Source: Phoronis australis
Taxonomy: Eukaryota > Animalia > Phoronida
Assembly (NCBI GenBank): GCA_002633005.1
Contig: NMRA01000182.1
Span: 443,077-507,076, forward strand
Direction: 5' to 3'
DNA: 64,000 bases
A program made the position numbers and the translations under genes. Shown piece by piece: positions 1-10,910 of this stretch (positions are counted from its first letter, which is position 1; each line of letters begins with the position of its first letter). The notes below the pieces were generated by a model that worked only from the letters and a program-made list of their open reading frames with translations, was not told where the DNA came from and made no database searches.

Positions 1-454
1 AATTGCTAGAATCATGATTTTTGTAATTTTCAAAGGCTTATTATTATTATTAATACTATAAATACTCAACATTTTATCAAAATGTTTCTTGGTGACAACT
101 GTGTCATCTACTGCTAACAAAATAGAAAAAAGTTTGTATAATTGATTCAGAATTTTGAAAAAAATAATTTCGCTGTTTTTCCCCAACTGAAGATTTTTTA
201 CCGTATGTACTTTTCTGAAGTGGCAAATTGTTTTTCAACAAGTAATTGTGTTGTGCATTAGGCAAAATTTCTGACTTTAAAGTGGACCTTGCAAGCTAAT
301 TCCTCATCCCTGTGATTGCTTTGGTAAAATTAGTTACAAACACAAGATATAGAAAGACGATGTGAATATCAGGTACACTGAAAATTAAGAAATGCTTTTA
401 AGAAAGAGTTTTGTGTCAAAAGTGATACCCGTAAATCACGCAATCATGTCCAGT

Positions 455-680
455 AAGTATCATGACGTGGTGTTGGGGAATAACACTGCATGATGTGAGC
501 CCCCGAGGAACGTCATTAGTGCAAAGGTCACCTATTTGCAAAATTTTTTTGTTTTCACATTTACAAGTTGTCAAAGAATATCACTGCACTTTGTTTAGCG
601 TAGATGATATTCAAATCGCAATGTCGTTTAGTTCCTGCTATACATTAGCATAGTTAGGAGCATGCAAATACATCTTTAAA
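455..680. repeat. Dispersed direct repeat, copy 1 (about 225 bp)
   Basis: Shares tggggaataaca, cgtcattagtgcaaaggtc, gttttcacatttacaagttgtcaa and ctatacattagca with 1323-1549. Confidence 0.85.
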
Positions 681-1322
681 GTCTTCAGTCACTTTTCATA
701 AAACAGCTGCAGGTGTTCACTTAGCTCTCTTAGAAAGGAGATTTGAAAAGACACCAAACTCGGTTTTGACCTATTAACAGATGTTAAAAACGACTTTCCC
801 ATCCAATTTTCTGAAGCAAAATAATGCACTGTAACCCTTGACAACCCTCAAATATTTCAAACACAATTTGAAACTTCCTTTAAAATCTGCTAAACGGGTA
901 AGGGTGACCTAGGCTTCAGGGAATTGTATGACAACTGTTGGGAAAGACCACCTACCAAGAATCATGATATCCTAAATGTGTCACAGAGAGTATGAGTTTT
1001 GATTGAATCCTACTAAAGTGAGTCTCCAATGATGCATTAGCAGGTGGTATAATGAGAATTGGTTGAATTCACAAACCAGGGTATAGTATTTTTTGAACTA
1101 TTGAGTATAAATTGTCTTGGTGCAGAAAGGCTTAAATAAATGTCTTGTAAAACATACCAATCTCTGAGCTAAACTCTGTCAGTAGTGTTTCGCAGTCTGT
1201 GTATTGGCTTCTTCGGTGAAGTGCCTAAAAATGACTGATTCCTAAAAATGAACATTTATTTAAACTATTACGTAATTCTTCTGTATGCTTACCCGTACAG
1301 ATAATTTTTTATTTTTAAAGTA

Positions 1323-1549
1323 AGTGTCGTGACATGCTGCTGGGGAATAACATTGCAAGAAGCAGGCTATGTGAGTCTGCGAAGTACGTCATTAGTGCAA
1401 AGGTCGCCTATTTGCAGACATTTTGTTTTCACATTTACAAGTTGTCAATGAATACAACTGCACTCTTTGTTTAGCATAGATGTTTTTTAAAATAGAATTA
1501 TTCTTACTATACATTAGCACAGTAAGGAGCATCCAAATGTACTTTTAAA
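1323..1549. repeat. Dispersed direct repeat, copy 2
   Basis: Collinear, diverged match to 455-680. Confidence 0.85.
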
Positions 1550-1596
1550 CCAATTTACTTCTCACATGGTGAATGTTTTTTCTTTTTTCTTTGCAG

Positions 1597-1790
1597 AGTT
1601 CCATTCAGTAACATTGTGGTGGGATTGCTGTCTCAACAGCTCCTCTTGCAGACTGTTGGCTGTGTTCTCCTACAGGGGTCACTGCACGTCACACAGGAAG
1701 TAAGGCACATGATGCCCAGCAGTCCAACAGAGCCTCCAGCCAAACACGGCTTCAACGTTGATGGATTGGAGACAGAGAGTAAACTACCTG
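1597..1790 (+). CDS. ARFGEF3: ARFGEF3/BIG3 (KIAA1244) internal coding exon; upstream exons lie outside the window
   Basis: Acceptor tttttctttgcag (AG 1595-1596) and donor G|gttagt at 1791. Translates to VPFSNIVVGLLSQQLLLQTVGCVLL...ESKLP, resembling vertebrate BIG3 VSFREIVVSLLSHQVLLQNLYDILL...EAKLAG (recalled). Phase 1 joins the next exon in frame. Confidence 0.85.
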
Positions 1791-2220
1791 GTTAGTGAAG
1801 GGCTTCTGTATGTACAATGAAAAATCTTCAATTTGGGACAAAATTAATTTCTAAAATGATGTTTGATTTTTAAATTCTTACTATATTCCTGCAATTGCTT
1901 TAATTTTTACCAAGTGGCAAGCATACAGTGCAAACCATGCTAACAAGGTAAAATTTCCTTCAAAATTATTTCTGTTGAAAAATTTGACAAAATGAAATCA
2001 CTCTCGTGTGCCATATTGAGTCTTACAGCATTTTAACACTTTCCGGAGCCTCCTTGAAAGCAGCGTTTCTTCACTTGCAGCGTGTGTGGTAAAAAAAACA
2101 CATGCTTATCACGCTATCACTTGGAATTGAGAGACATAATCTGTGGCTGAATTAAACGTGTCAAATTTTGGAAGGGCTACTATAATGACTTTCTAAAACC
2201 ACTCTGAGGTTGTAACGAGT

Positions 2221-2494
2221 TACAACTATTATTAAAATCTCTGGTCTATTTACACCGACCTCTGTGGTGTAGTGGTTAAGGCGCTGGATTCAAAATATCT
2301 GTAGTTTCAGAAGTTGTGGGTTCAAATCCTTCCTCGAACAATATATAATCAAAAAAGCACACCGTGATGAGTGTAACACATATCTGTGCTCGCTCTTCTA
2401 AGAACGCAGGAACCAGACCAACCAAAACGTCGTGACAGTGTGAATAGTCAAGAGGTCGGTGTAAATAGACCAAGAGATTTTAATAATAATTGTA
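2221..2494. mobile_element. MITE with about 43-bp terminal inverted repeats, TA-flanked, containing a tRNA-like cassette
   Basis: tacaactattattaaaatctctggtctatttacaccgacctct (2221-2263) is the reverse complement of 2451-2494, with one mismatch and one indel. TA lies at both ends. Confidence 0.8.
2257..2340 (+). pseudogene. tRNA-Leu-like pseudogene or SINE-head sequence (CAA in the anticodon position)
   Basis: A box tggtgtagtggttaa, the AAGGCGCTGGATT motif typical of tRNA-Leu, a long variable region and B box ggttcaaatcc (2319-2329). Anticodon and acceptor stems do not pair properly. Confidence 0.6.
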
Positions 2495-3061
2495 GGACTA
2501 CTGTAGTGACACCAAGAATATTGTTAAATGTTTACTGACTTGTACACATTCAGGATGTTCTGGCAGCTGAAAAAAGTCTTACTTAAGTAAGAAAATTTTT
2601 TAGACTTTTTGGGTGAGTGGCCTTGTTTAATTTTGCTGTCTGGACAGCTAAATGAGTGGGAATGCAGTTTTTAATAGTTAAGAAGAGTAGTGTTATGTTG
2701 TACAAAAATGCAAAAAGTTTGTTTTGATGAGCAAATAGAATCTTTTGAAACTGGAGATGTAAATAAATGTGAAATGTAAAGACGAAAATAAGATATCAAC
2801 TGCACATTTATTCTCCACCAGTATGCTTTATACTGCTAGAGAAAAAAGCTTTGCAATGTGACATGACTTCAGTCTGTGAAGTCATGTGGCTCTGTGTGAA
2901 AGTCTTGTGCCTGAGAAAATTAATACTGTTACTTCCCTGATGTTTGCCAAATCTGACAAGTCACTTATTTTGGGTTTTTATATTTACCATTGCTCTATCT
3001 TGTCATTTATCCTCCTTGATCACCATTGGTCAGATTTTCTTCTACTTGTTTTCATTTCCAG

Positions 3062-3763
3062 GTATGTTAAAGCATCTGTCTTCCCAGAATGCCTGGCGGT
3101 TGCTGGAGTGCCTTCAATCCTCCTACCAGTTCTCTTGTGACTTTGACCGCCGGCCGGGCCTCAAGTTCCTCATCCAGAAAGTAATGGACAGCGAGGTGTC
3201 GGCTAATCTCTACAAACAGGCTGGTGTCAGTATGACGTTCTACGTGCACGCATTGTTAGAGATCTGTGCCACTCATGACAGTATTACCGTTGAGGCTGTG
3301 CGTCAGATGGTGTCGGATACTGACCTTAGCGCAGGTGGTGATGCCAATGCTTCGCCGTCAAGATCCTTTTTCGGGGCTTTGAGCGAAGTTAGTGCATCCG
3401 GCACTAACCAAAGGACTAATAGAAGTGTGTCTTTGGATAGTTTAGGTGCTACTACAATAAAATGTACAGATTCAGATGTTCCAGTGCCGATATCTGCGGA
3501 TATTTCGAGATTCATGAAGTGCTTACGTTCAAGTTGTGATGCTCTCTGTCAGAAATATGTAGATCTGCTGTATGATAAGTATGGTGAAACGTCAAGTGGG
3601 GACAGGATATCAAAACAGCCACTGTTTCTTATCGCTGCACAGCATGACGATATTTCAGTGCTTAAACGGGACAAACATATATCTGAGATTGTTCGCGAGA
3701 AGTTGGAGTTTAAGCGGAGTCAAGAACTGGCAGCTATGACGACCACAGCTGTCCGTCAGCAAG
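3062..3763 (+). CDS. ARFGEF3: ARFGEF3/BIG3 coding exon (702 nt, phase 1-1)
   Basis: Acceptor ttcatttccag ends at 3061; donor CAAG|gtattg at 3764. Lies in ORF 2944..3777. GMLKHLSSQNAWRLLECLQSSYQFSCDFDRRPGLKFLIQKV...ANLYKQAGVSMTFYVHAL resembles BIG3 GFLRYISMQNL...EFDTSPGLKCLLKKV...ANLYRQSAMSFNIYFHAL. Confidence 0.9.
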
Positions 3764-4470
3764 GTATTGTATCATGAATGTCATGATTTTGTCTTGAAAT
3801 ACTGTAAACATCCCCTAAAGTGCCTTTGTCAAAGCAGTAAAGTACTAAAATGATAATAAGTGATGATTGAATGGATTTTTTCATCAACGTGTTGATTTTC
3901 ACGTTAATATTTGACTTCAGTATCCAAATGGGACTTGTTTTTATTGAAAGACCCGTGAGTAATTCTAACGGCAGCTTTGGCATTTCTGTTTTAAAAAGAC
4001 GATGCACTTACAGCCATTTTGTCTGTGACTGGGCATTCGCTCTCATTAACCACTTTTGTTAAGCATTCATATTGAACCAAGTGACAGCATATACTCTCCG
4101 ATGCAACACGTTCATTGACAAAATGGTTCTCAGGAGATTAATAACTTCTTTGAAGTTGCGTTTCTCCTTTTTATTTAACTATAAAACGCGAATTTTTTTG
4201 CATACAGTTGGTTTTATAATATTCCTTGCTTAGGCAGGATTCTTTTTCTGTCACCAACAAGAGTATCGAAACCTTCTGTGAGTCAAGAAAGTGCCTCAGA
4301 CTCCATTGGGTCTAGCCAAACCTAAAATTGCGGATTTAAAAATTGCACATGTACGCATTGCTTGTGTGTTGAGTTATTAGCTCAATTGGCAATAATCCAA
4401 GATCAGATTTGCTTGGTGATCACTTTAAACCCCAAAGTTAATAATTCAGCATTGGCAGCTAAACGGGCGA

Positions 4471-4519
4471 AATACAGGTGAAATACAGGTGTAATACAGG
4501 TGAAATACAGGTGTAAATA
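4471..4519. repeat. 11-bp tandem repeat (aatacaggtg[a/t]) x4
   Basis: Directly visible. Each unit contains CAGGTG. Confidence 0.9.
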
Positions 4520-4635
4520 ACTTTAGTGTAACAAAATACAAGAGTGTGCTTTTAAAGATCTGTTGTCAACATCTAATTGTTATTTCATTATGTAACAAGA
4601 ACTCATTAGGACTTCCTTTTACAATTTATTCTCAG

Positions 4636-4770
4636 ACGAACTTCAGGAATCTGATGGTGCAACGGACAGCTCAAGTGAAATAACGCCCTCTGATAGTCTG
4701 AAGGAGAACCAGCCAGAAGAAGTATCAAAGCGTCGCAAGGACAACAGCAAAGTTTACAACTTGGCTACAG
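4636..4770 (+). CDS. ARFGEF3: ARFGEF3/BIG3 coding exon (135 nt)
   Basis: Acceptor tttattctcag and donor ACAG|gtgggt. Reads DELQESDGATDSSSEITPSDSLKENQPEEVSKRRKDNSKVYNLAT; KVYNLAT resembles BIG3 KVYTMAA. Phases match both neighbouring exons. Confidence 0.85.
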
Positions 4771-5185
4771 GTGGGTATGCGCATACTTTACCTTGCTCCA
4801 TCTTATATACCTATCACAGGTGTTTTGAATGTTTACATTACCTGGTTTGATGGCTTATGGTCTAGCAGTGAACCATTCTATGTTGACATGGATGTCTTAA
4901 GAAAATATCCTTACTTTATTGTTAATAATGTAGTTGTAAAGTGTTCATGATACCAGCAAATCCTGATGAATTTCATTTTGTTGTGTCTCATTTCCTGGTA
5001 ATCTCAAATTTATTTGGATCCAACCATAAGGATGCCTATGGAAGTTCATCAAAACACTAGCAAAACGTAGTCAGCTTCTATTGTTTAAATTTCTATATGT
5101 TCTTTGATGTTGTACCTGACATTTGTTATCATTAGTTTCCTTCAGCTATGTTTCTATCGTCCAACTAAGCATGATTTATTTATTA

Positions 5186-5640
5186 TTGTTATCCCCCGCC
5201 AAAGGCAAAGGGGATATTAGTTATGGTAGATGTTATTCTGTCCGTGTGTTCATGCAGAGAATAATTCTCTTTCCTCAACTCTTACATTTCACGGATTTTG
5301 ACCAAACTTTTAAACAAGTATGCGTACGAAATGTCGTGTTTCATATCGTCAGCATTTTCCAATTTGATTGTTGTATTTTTCGAAATTTTGCCCCTTCCTT
5401 GATTTTCACACTCTGTATGTAAATGCCCCTCTGTGAGCAGACCAGACTTTTAAGTATGCTTACAAAGTGCCATAGCTCATATTTTTGACTTACTTTTGCC
5501 GTATTTTCTTCAGTTTTGTCTGGTTCTTCATATACATGCATCCATGTACAGACTTGCACTGTATGCAGTCCCCCCCCCCCCCCCNCCCCCCCCCCCCCGG
5601 GAACTTTGGCGGGGGTATTGCTGTCTGTGAATGCCTTGTT
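5186..5640 (+). mobile_element. Non-autonomous Helentron/HINE (DINE-1-like) element
   Basis: Sub-terminal inverted repeat atcccccgccaaag (5191-5204) versus ctttggcgggggtat (5604-5618). A 5' stem-loop is followed by ctgtccgt, the element ends cttgtt, and there is an internal poly-C run at about 5570-5598. Confidence 0.6.
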
Positions 5641-5929
5641 AACATGATTTTTGTTTGCACACCAGCCAAAAGGTTTCTCAAGCGCAGTGGTAATTATACT
5701 CATGCTGGTTGTCTAGTTGCTGATGTCTGCCTAACTATAGGACATGTAGCACTAAGCTTAAACATGCCATATCACATTAACAGGGGGTGTGACACTATGG
5801 TGTAAAAAGAAATGTTTATTGGTCAAATCACAGTATTGTTGCAGATTCATCCAGTCTCTGTCCTTATTCTGTCCAGACAACTTCCTGCATGACCACAGAT
5901 TGCATCATAAGACTAGGGTGTAGAGACAC

Positions 5930-6068
5930 CATGGTAGAGCTCCGTAGACGCAAGAATCTTGGAAAGGAAGCTAGTCTGAAAACGTGTTTCGCTGGCCATA
6001 CATGGTGTTATCTTGCCAAGTCTTGCATTTTTGCGAGATTCTCGTCTCTTAAGGAACGCACGCCTGGT
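5930..6068. mobile_element. Short MITE fragment related to 39779-39930
   Basis: The end ttaaggaacgcacgcctgg matches the reverse complement of the 39779 terminus. Internal tcttgccaagtcttgcatttttgcgag resembles tctcgcgaagtcttgctttttagcgag. Confidence 0.45.
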
Positions 6069-7399
6069 TGAAACAGTATTGAAATGTTTTTTTTCTACAT
6101 TGAGTTGTGTCTAAAATGTTACCGTTACACTTTGTTCTTTGAACTTCAACCTACGAGGGGGATTCTGTTAACCTGGAAAAAGAACAGATAGATGCCTGTA
6201 ATTGGTCCACCACTGTATTAGTTTGACAGTTGAAAAATGGGTGCTGGGGCTAGAACAAGTGCTTCCTTGATGACGTGATATCAACTTTTGTTATAAGTAA
6301 ACTGATTCAATCTGTTCTGAGCCAAAGGTATGTAGGCCTAACACTGAAGGCAATTAACATGCCCACCACGTTGCCAAACAGCATGGCAGCACGTCCCACT
6401 TGTCTTTCCTTTGCAAAAAACGCTGGGAATTGTGATCTTTAGAAAAAAATTCAAGACCAGTGAAAGTTTTTCTTGAAGACATAGAAACATTCAGCATCTG
6501 ACGTGTTTACAATGTGAAATATTCCCCTCTCAGAAGGTACAGGCACCTTTCCCTTTGGATGAATGGGGGCCCTGTACCAGTTGTGATCTTATTATGAATA
6601 TTTGATAGATTAATGTGACATGGCATTTTGTATTTACTTTCTTTTCACTAGTTGCAAAGCTTTTTGTTGCGGTCACTTTAATGTTCCTTTAGACTGATTA
6701 CGTGACTTTCAGTTTAGCAGTAACGTGCATAATATTGTTGAATTATGTAATACTAAATAATTTTGGAAACAGGGCTTTCCGCATGCACGTCTTGGAAGAT
6801 TTCATGCTTTTTTAACTTACCAGCTTCGTTCAAAAAAAATACTTTATGCTTTTAAGTTTTGATAGAGAGAGGTCCAAAACCTGAGGGACGATTTAATTAG
6901 TGGAAACAAAATCTATTTTAATCAGTTTCATGCCGACTGCCTTTCACTGTTTTCTTGAGTTGGCAAGATGCTCTTACAACGATCTTCCTCGCCCGTTAGT
7001 ATCCCAGTGTAAATTCCATTCGAGGCTCTACTGAAGCGCTTGGTGTGGAACACTTGGTTATTTTGCTGCAAATGTTTTAGTCAAGAAAATCATGGAATCT
7101 TCAAAAAACAAAACTGTAATTTGCACTGTATGCTCGTCAGCCAGTTAGACACGCTGTGTCAGCATTGTCAGGTTTGGTAAGTGCTAACATCTTTTCTTGG
7201 TTAACATCAAAATGGACTGGAATTAAATAAACTCTGTTAGATAAATTTCCTTCTGTGCACCCACGTTTACAGATGTGGGTGAATGTTGCTGTCGACTCTG
7301 TCCGATTATCCGGCGTTGACTGTACTTCCTTAACCCGTCGGATCTTAATGCGATTTAGCGGATTGTGTTCCTGTGTAGCTGATTACAGAATGATGTAGA

Positions 7400-8443
7400 T
7401 GACTGCCACTGTGCCCCTTAATGGCAATTCAATTTTTTTACCTTTGCCTCTGTATCTTTGGAGTGCCTCAATGAATTTTCATGAAATTTGACAAATAGTT
7501 GTCTAGATGGATTTGATGTGTTCTACGCCACCTAGTGGCCATTTTCATTAGTTTTGAGTCATTTTTTGTGTCCACCTCTATCCAACGAACTGCACGAAGG
7601 ATCTTTATGAAGATTGGCAGATGTGTTCCTGCTGAAAAGACCACGACTAGTGTTGTTTTTTGGACAGGTCTGGTGTGGCGCCCCCTATTGACAATTTTTT
7701 TTTGCACCAGCGGCTACATCTCCTTAAACCTTTGCAGACTTTTTGTGAAATTTGGCAAATGGACTCTTATGAACGTGACAATGGATGATGACTGGTAATG
7801 AAAGCTTTTCACATTTACCTGTGTATCTTCAGAATTCTGTGATGAATTCTTGGAAAACTTGACAAATACTCTTTTATTATTGAGATGGCAACACCTCTAC
7901 ATGTTTGGACAGATTCAATGTATTCTATGTTGCCTAGTGACCATTTTTATACTTTTTAGTTAGTTTTTGTTGTCTGCCTTCTCTATCAGCCAAACCACTC
8001 AACGGATCATTGTGAAAATAAATTAGTGTGTTCCTACTGTCTGATAAAAGCATGATTGATGTCGGTTTTTGAACATGTCCGACTAGTAGAGCTGTATCTC
8101 TTAAACCTCTTGCAGAGTGTTTGTGAAATTTGGCAAGTATTCCTATGAATGTGACATTGGATGACAACTGCTTTATGATAGACCCGACTACCACTGTGCC
8201 CCCTAGTGGAAATTCAGTTTTTATGTTTTTGTTTGTAGTTTTGGAGTTTCTCGGCAGATATTCATGAAATTTGATTTAAGAAGCATCTATTAGGGTGGCA
8301 ATTACACCTTTCTATTTTTGGAGCTGTTCGACATATTCTATGCCATATAATAGCCATTTTTATGATGCTAATAAACATGCCTATAAGCATATCATTTGCG
8401 ATTCAGTCACTGGACGCATTTTAATGCTTTGCGATGCTCTTGT
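7400..8443 (+). mobile_element. Degenerate HINE-like element with internal tandem subunits
   Basis: Repeated blocks 7717-7794 and 8096-8170, and 7401-7440 and 8187-8225. Recurrent tgaaatttg and ccccctagtgg motifs; 3' hairpin gcattttaatgc followed by ctcttgt. Confidence 0.5.
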
Positions 8444-9238
8444 AATATGGTGTTATTAAGTTTTTCAATTGTATGAATTTCATTGATATGTCATGGCCCT
8501 TAACTGCATATGTTGAATCCACTTCGCTTGTAGTAGTATCCAATTGTTCATTTGAATTCATTATTTTGAGAAGATTTGTTCAGTTGGATTGAATAGATAC
8601 GCGTTATTTCAGGCCTGATAACACATATATCTTGGACGAAATTTCAATGTACTTTTAGAAAATGGTTGGTAAGATCCTGCTCTCCAAAAAGTTTTTGTCA
8701 CATCTTTCTATCACAGTACTGTGATCTCTTGTTTTCATCAAAAGTTTTTTGTATGGTAAAAACCTTGGAAACATTATACACCTAGATTAGTATAGGAGTC
8801 TGCGACTCCATGCCAAAGAATCACTACTCACACGTCTAGAAAGTCTCAATAAACGCAGGCTCTGAGAAATATTTTGGGGCTCATCATCTGATCAGCTCAT
8901 ATAACCTAATTCAGAGTAAATCACTTAAGTCAGCAATGGCTTACTATTCATAACTAATGATGACACTTAATTCACAGTTCCACACACTTAGTTGCAGGGG
9001 ATCTATTTTCTTTATCATTGATAGGAAATTGCTCCCAAGAACCTTTGCCTCAGACAACATGTATATTGTGGATATCAGACTTTCAAAGCCACCTGCTTGA
9101 TATTTGCACATTTGACCATCCACTCCAAACACTGGGACATGTGCTCTATCAAAGGCTGTCCGCATTGTGTCTGTGCCATCCTCTGATACTTGACATCTTG
9201 TGTTCTCACCTATACACGTCATGTCCCATTTTTCTCAG

Positions 9239-9393
9239 GTAAGACGATCCACAACCTGATGATGGAGTATAAGAAGAGTAAACAGGGGCGAGCCATGCCC
9301 AGCCGGCCAGGTAAACTGAAGAACCCACCCAAACCAGCCTCGGAGAGGCCCAACATGGACATCGAGCAACAGCAAAAAGAGTCTATAACTAAG
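9239..9393 (+). CDS. ARFGEF3: ARFGEF3/BIG3 penultimate coding exon
   Basis: Acceptor tttttctcag and donor AAG|gtgttg. GKTIHNLMMEYKKSKQ resembles BIG3 DKTISKLMTEYKKRKQ. Phase 1 in, phase 0 out. Confidence 0.88.
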
Positions 9394-10564
9394 GTGTTGT
9401 GTTGTGCTGAACTTGTAGAGAACATGATTAAGCCAAGTTTGAAGGGATATGCCCTAGGTTAAACATCCAGTAAATAGGCTACCTAGTGTATTTGTGCCAA
9501 ATGACATAAGAGGAGAACAACTTGAGTAGTCAATGTCTGTCTGTGACAGCTAAAGCAACAATCATTACAATTCTCTTTTTGAGTTAATTAAAGAACCTGT
9601 GTTGGCCAAAAAGTGACATGCGTTCGCCAAACAACTTTTGTGTGGAATTGTACCTTTTACTGAAATTGCAGCGGACAAATCTCACCATAGGTGAACACAA
9701 GTACCTAGCATTGGGCCAAAATTCTGTCCAACTGTCTATTTGCCTGGTGACAGCCATTTGGGTAGTCTGGTTTAAAACTAATTTAAGCCCCATGAAGTGC
9801 CATCTTTGAAAACCATTATTTGTTTTGAAGTGGAACCCTTTGTTTTGTATTTTAATATGGTGAGTCAACATTTTTAATTGCACATGATACTAGTAAACTC
9901 TGGATGGAGTGCAGTTCAATTATTGCTTCAGTGGAAAGATTCACCGTTGCTAAACTGGATTTGTCATAGTTACAAGTTTGTGATATCAACTTGACTTGGT
10001 TAGGACTGGATGATCTTGCCCTGCACTAGCTGTGTATGCCCTTTGGAGCTCCCCCTGGTGACCATATTTTGCACAGATGTTTCTTTTTATGCACATCTAG
10101 TGGTAATTTGATTATTTTTGTTCTTCTTTTTAGTATTCCCATCTGTCTAATGCTTTTGAAGGATCGTCGTGGAATTTACGGGTCTCCTCCTATTTTCTGT
10201 CACATCTGAATAACACTCTGCTCCCAGTGGCAGTTTTTTTTCTCCTACCTCAATATTGACTATTTTTGGTGAAATCTTGGGAAATTTAAGAGACATGTTC
10301 ACTTTTCAGTGAGGAAGGCATGGCTTTTGTTAACTTCTGGATGAATCCAAGTGCTGTTATGCCGGCCAGTGGCCGTTTTATTTCATTTCAGCCAAGCTGT
10401 TCTTTTCATGGTTGAAGACTATTGTCAAAATATTGTTTCACAAACTTCGATTCTCCACGGCATGTTTGTATCTTTGGAGATGTTCAATTTTGTGATGTTA
10501 TTGGGATGTGATTGTCTTGGTTTTGTAAATGCTGTGTGATTTCATTTGAATGTCTCCCCTGTAG

Positions 10565-10780
10565 GATGCCGACGCTCATATCCAGTCATGGACGGAGATG
10601 CTGTGCACTCTGCTGAGGTTGCTTGAACAGTTATCAGACTCACAGTTCAGGTCACTACTGCCAGCCGTGTACCCCTGCAACAACCAGCTGATCTGTCATG
10701 CACGGGACCCGACTCTGAAGGAAATACTGGCAGCATGGATGCACAGGATGGGACTATTGTATGATATCGCACCTCTGTGA
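10565..10780 (+). CDS. ARFGEF3: ARFGEF3/BIG3 terminal coding exon with stop codon
   Basis: Acceptor tctcccctgtag. DADAHIQSWTEMLCTLL...LLPAVYPCNNQLICHARDPTLKEILAAWMHRMGLLYDIAPL* resembles the BIG3 C-terminus DAEAQIQAWTNMVLTVL...LQPAVFPCISQLTCHVTD...WLGRVGRVYDIIV. Confidence 0.92.
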   Translation, partial: DADAHIQSWTEMLCTLLRLLEQLSDSQFRSLLPAVYPCNNQLICHARDPTLKEILAAWMHRMGLLYDIAPL

Positions 10781-10793
10781 TGTTTAGTAGGAT

Positions 10794-10910
10794 ACTAAGT
10801 CATGATGAGTAGGTCATCTGGTCATGATCCGTGAGTTACTAGGTCATTTGGTTATTATCCATGAGTTACTAAGTCGTGATTCGTGTGTTACTAGGTCGTG
10901 ATAAGTAGGT
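10794..10910 (+). repeat. Degenerate short tandem repeat just after the ARFGEF3 stop codon
   Basis: Recurring gagttacta(a/g)gtc(a/g)tgat units. Confidence 0.6.

Noticed and set aside
2257-2340. Functional tRNA-Leu(CAA) or tRNA-Sec gene
   Set aside because: The anticodon and acceptor stems do not pair, so it was retained only as a tRNA-derived pseudogene.
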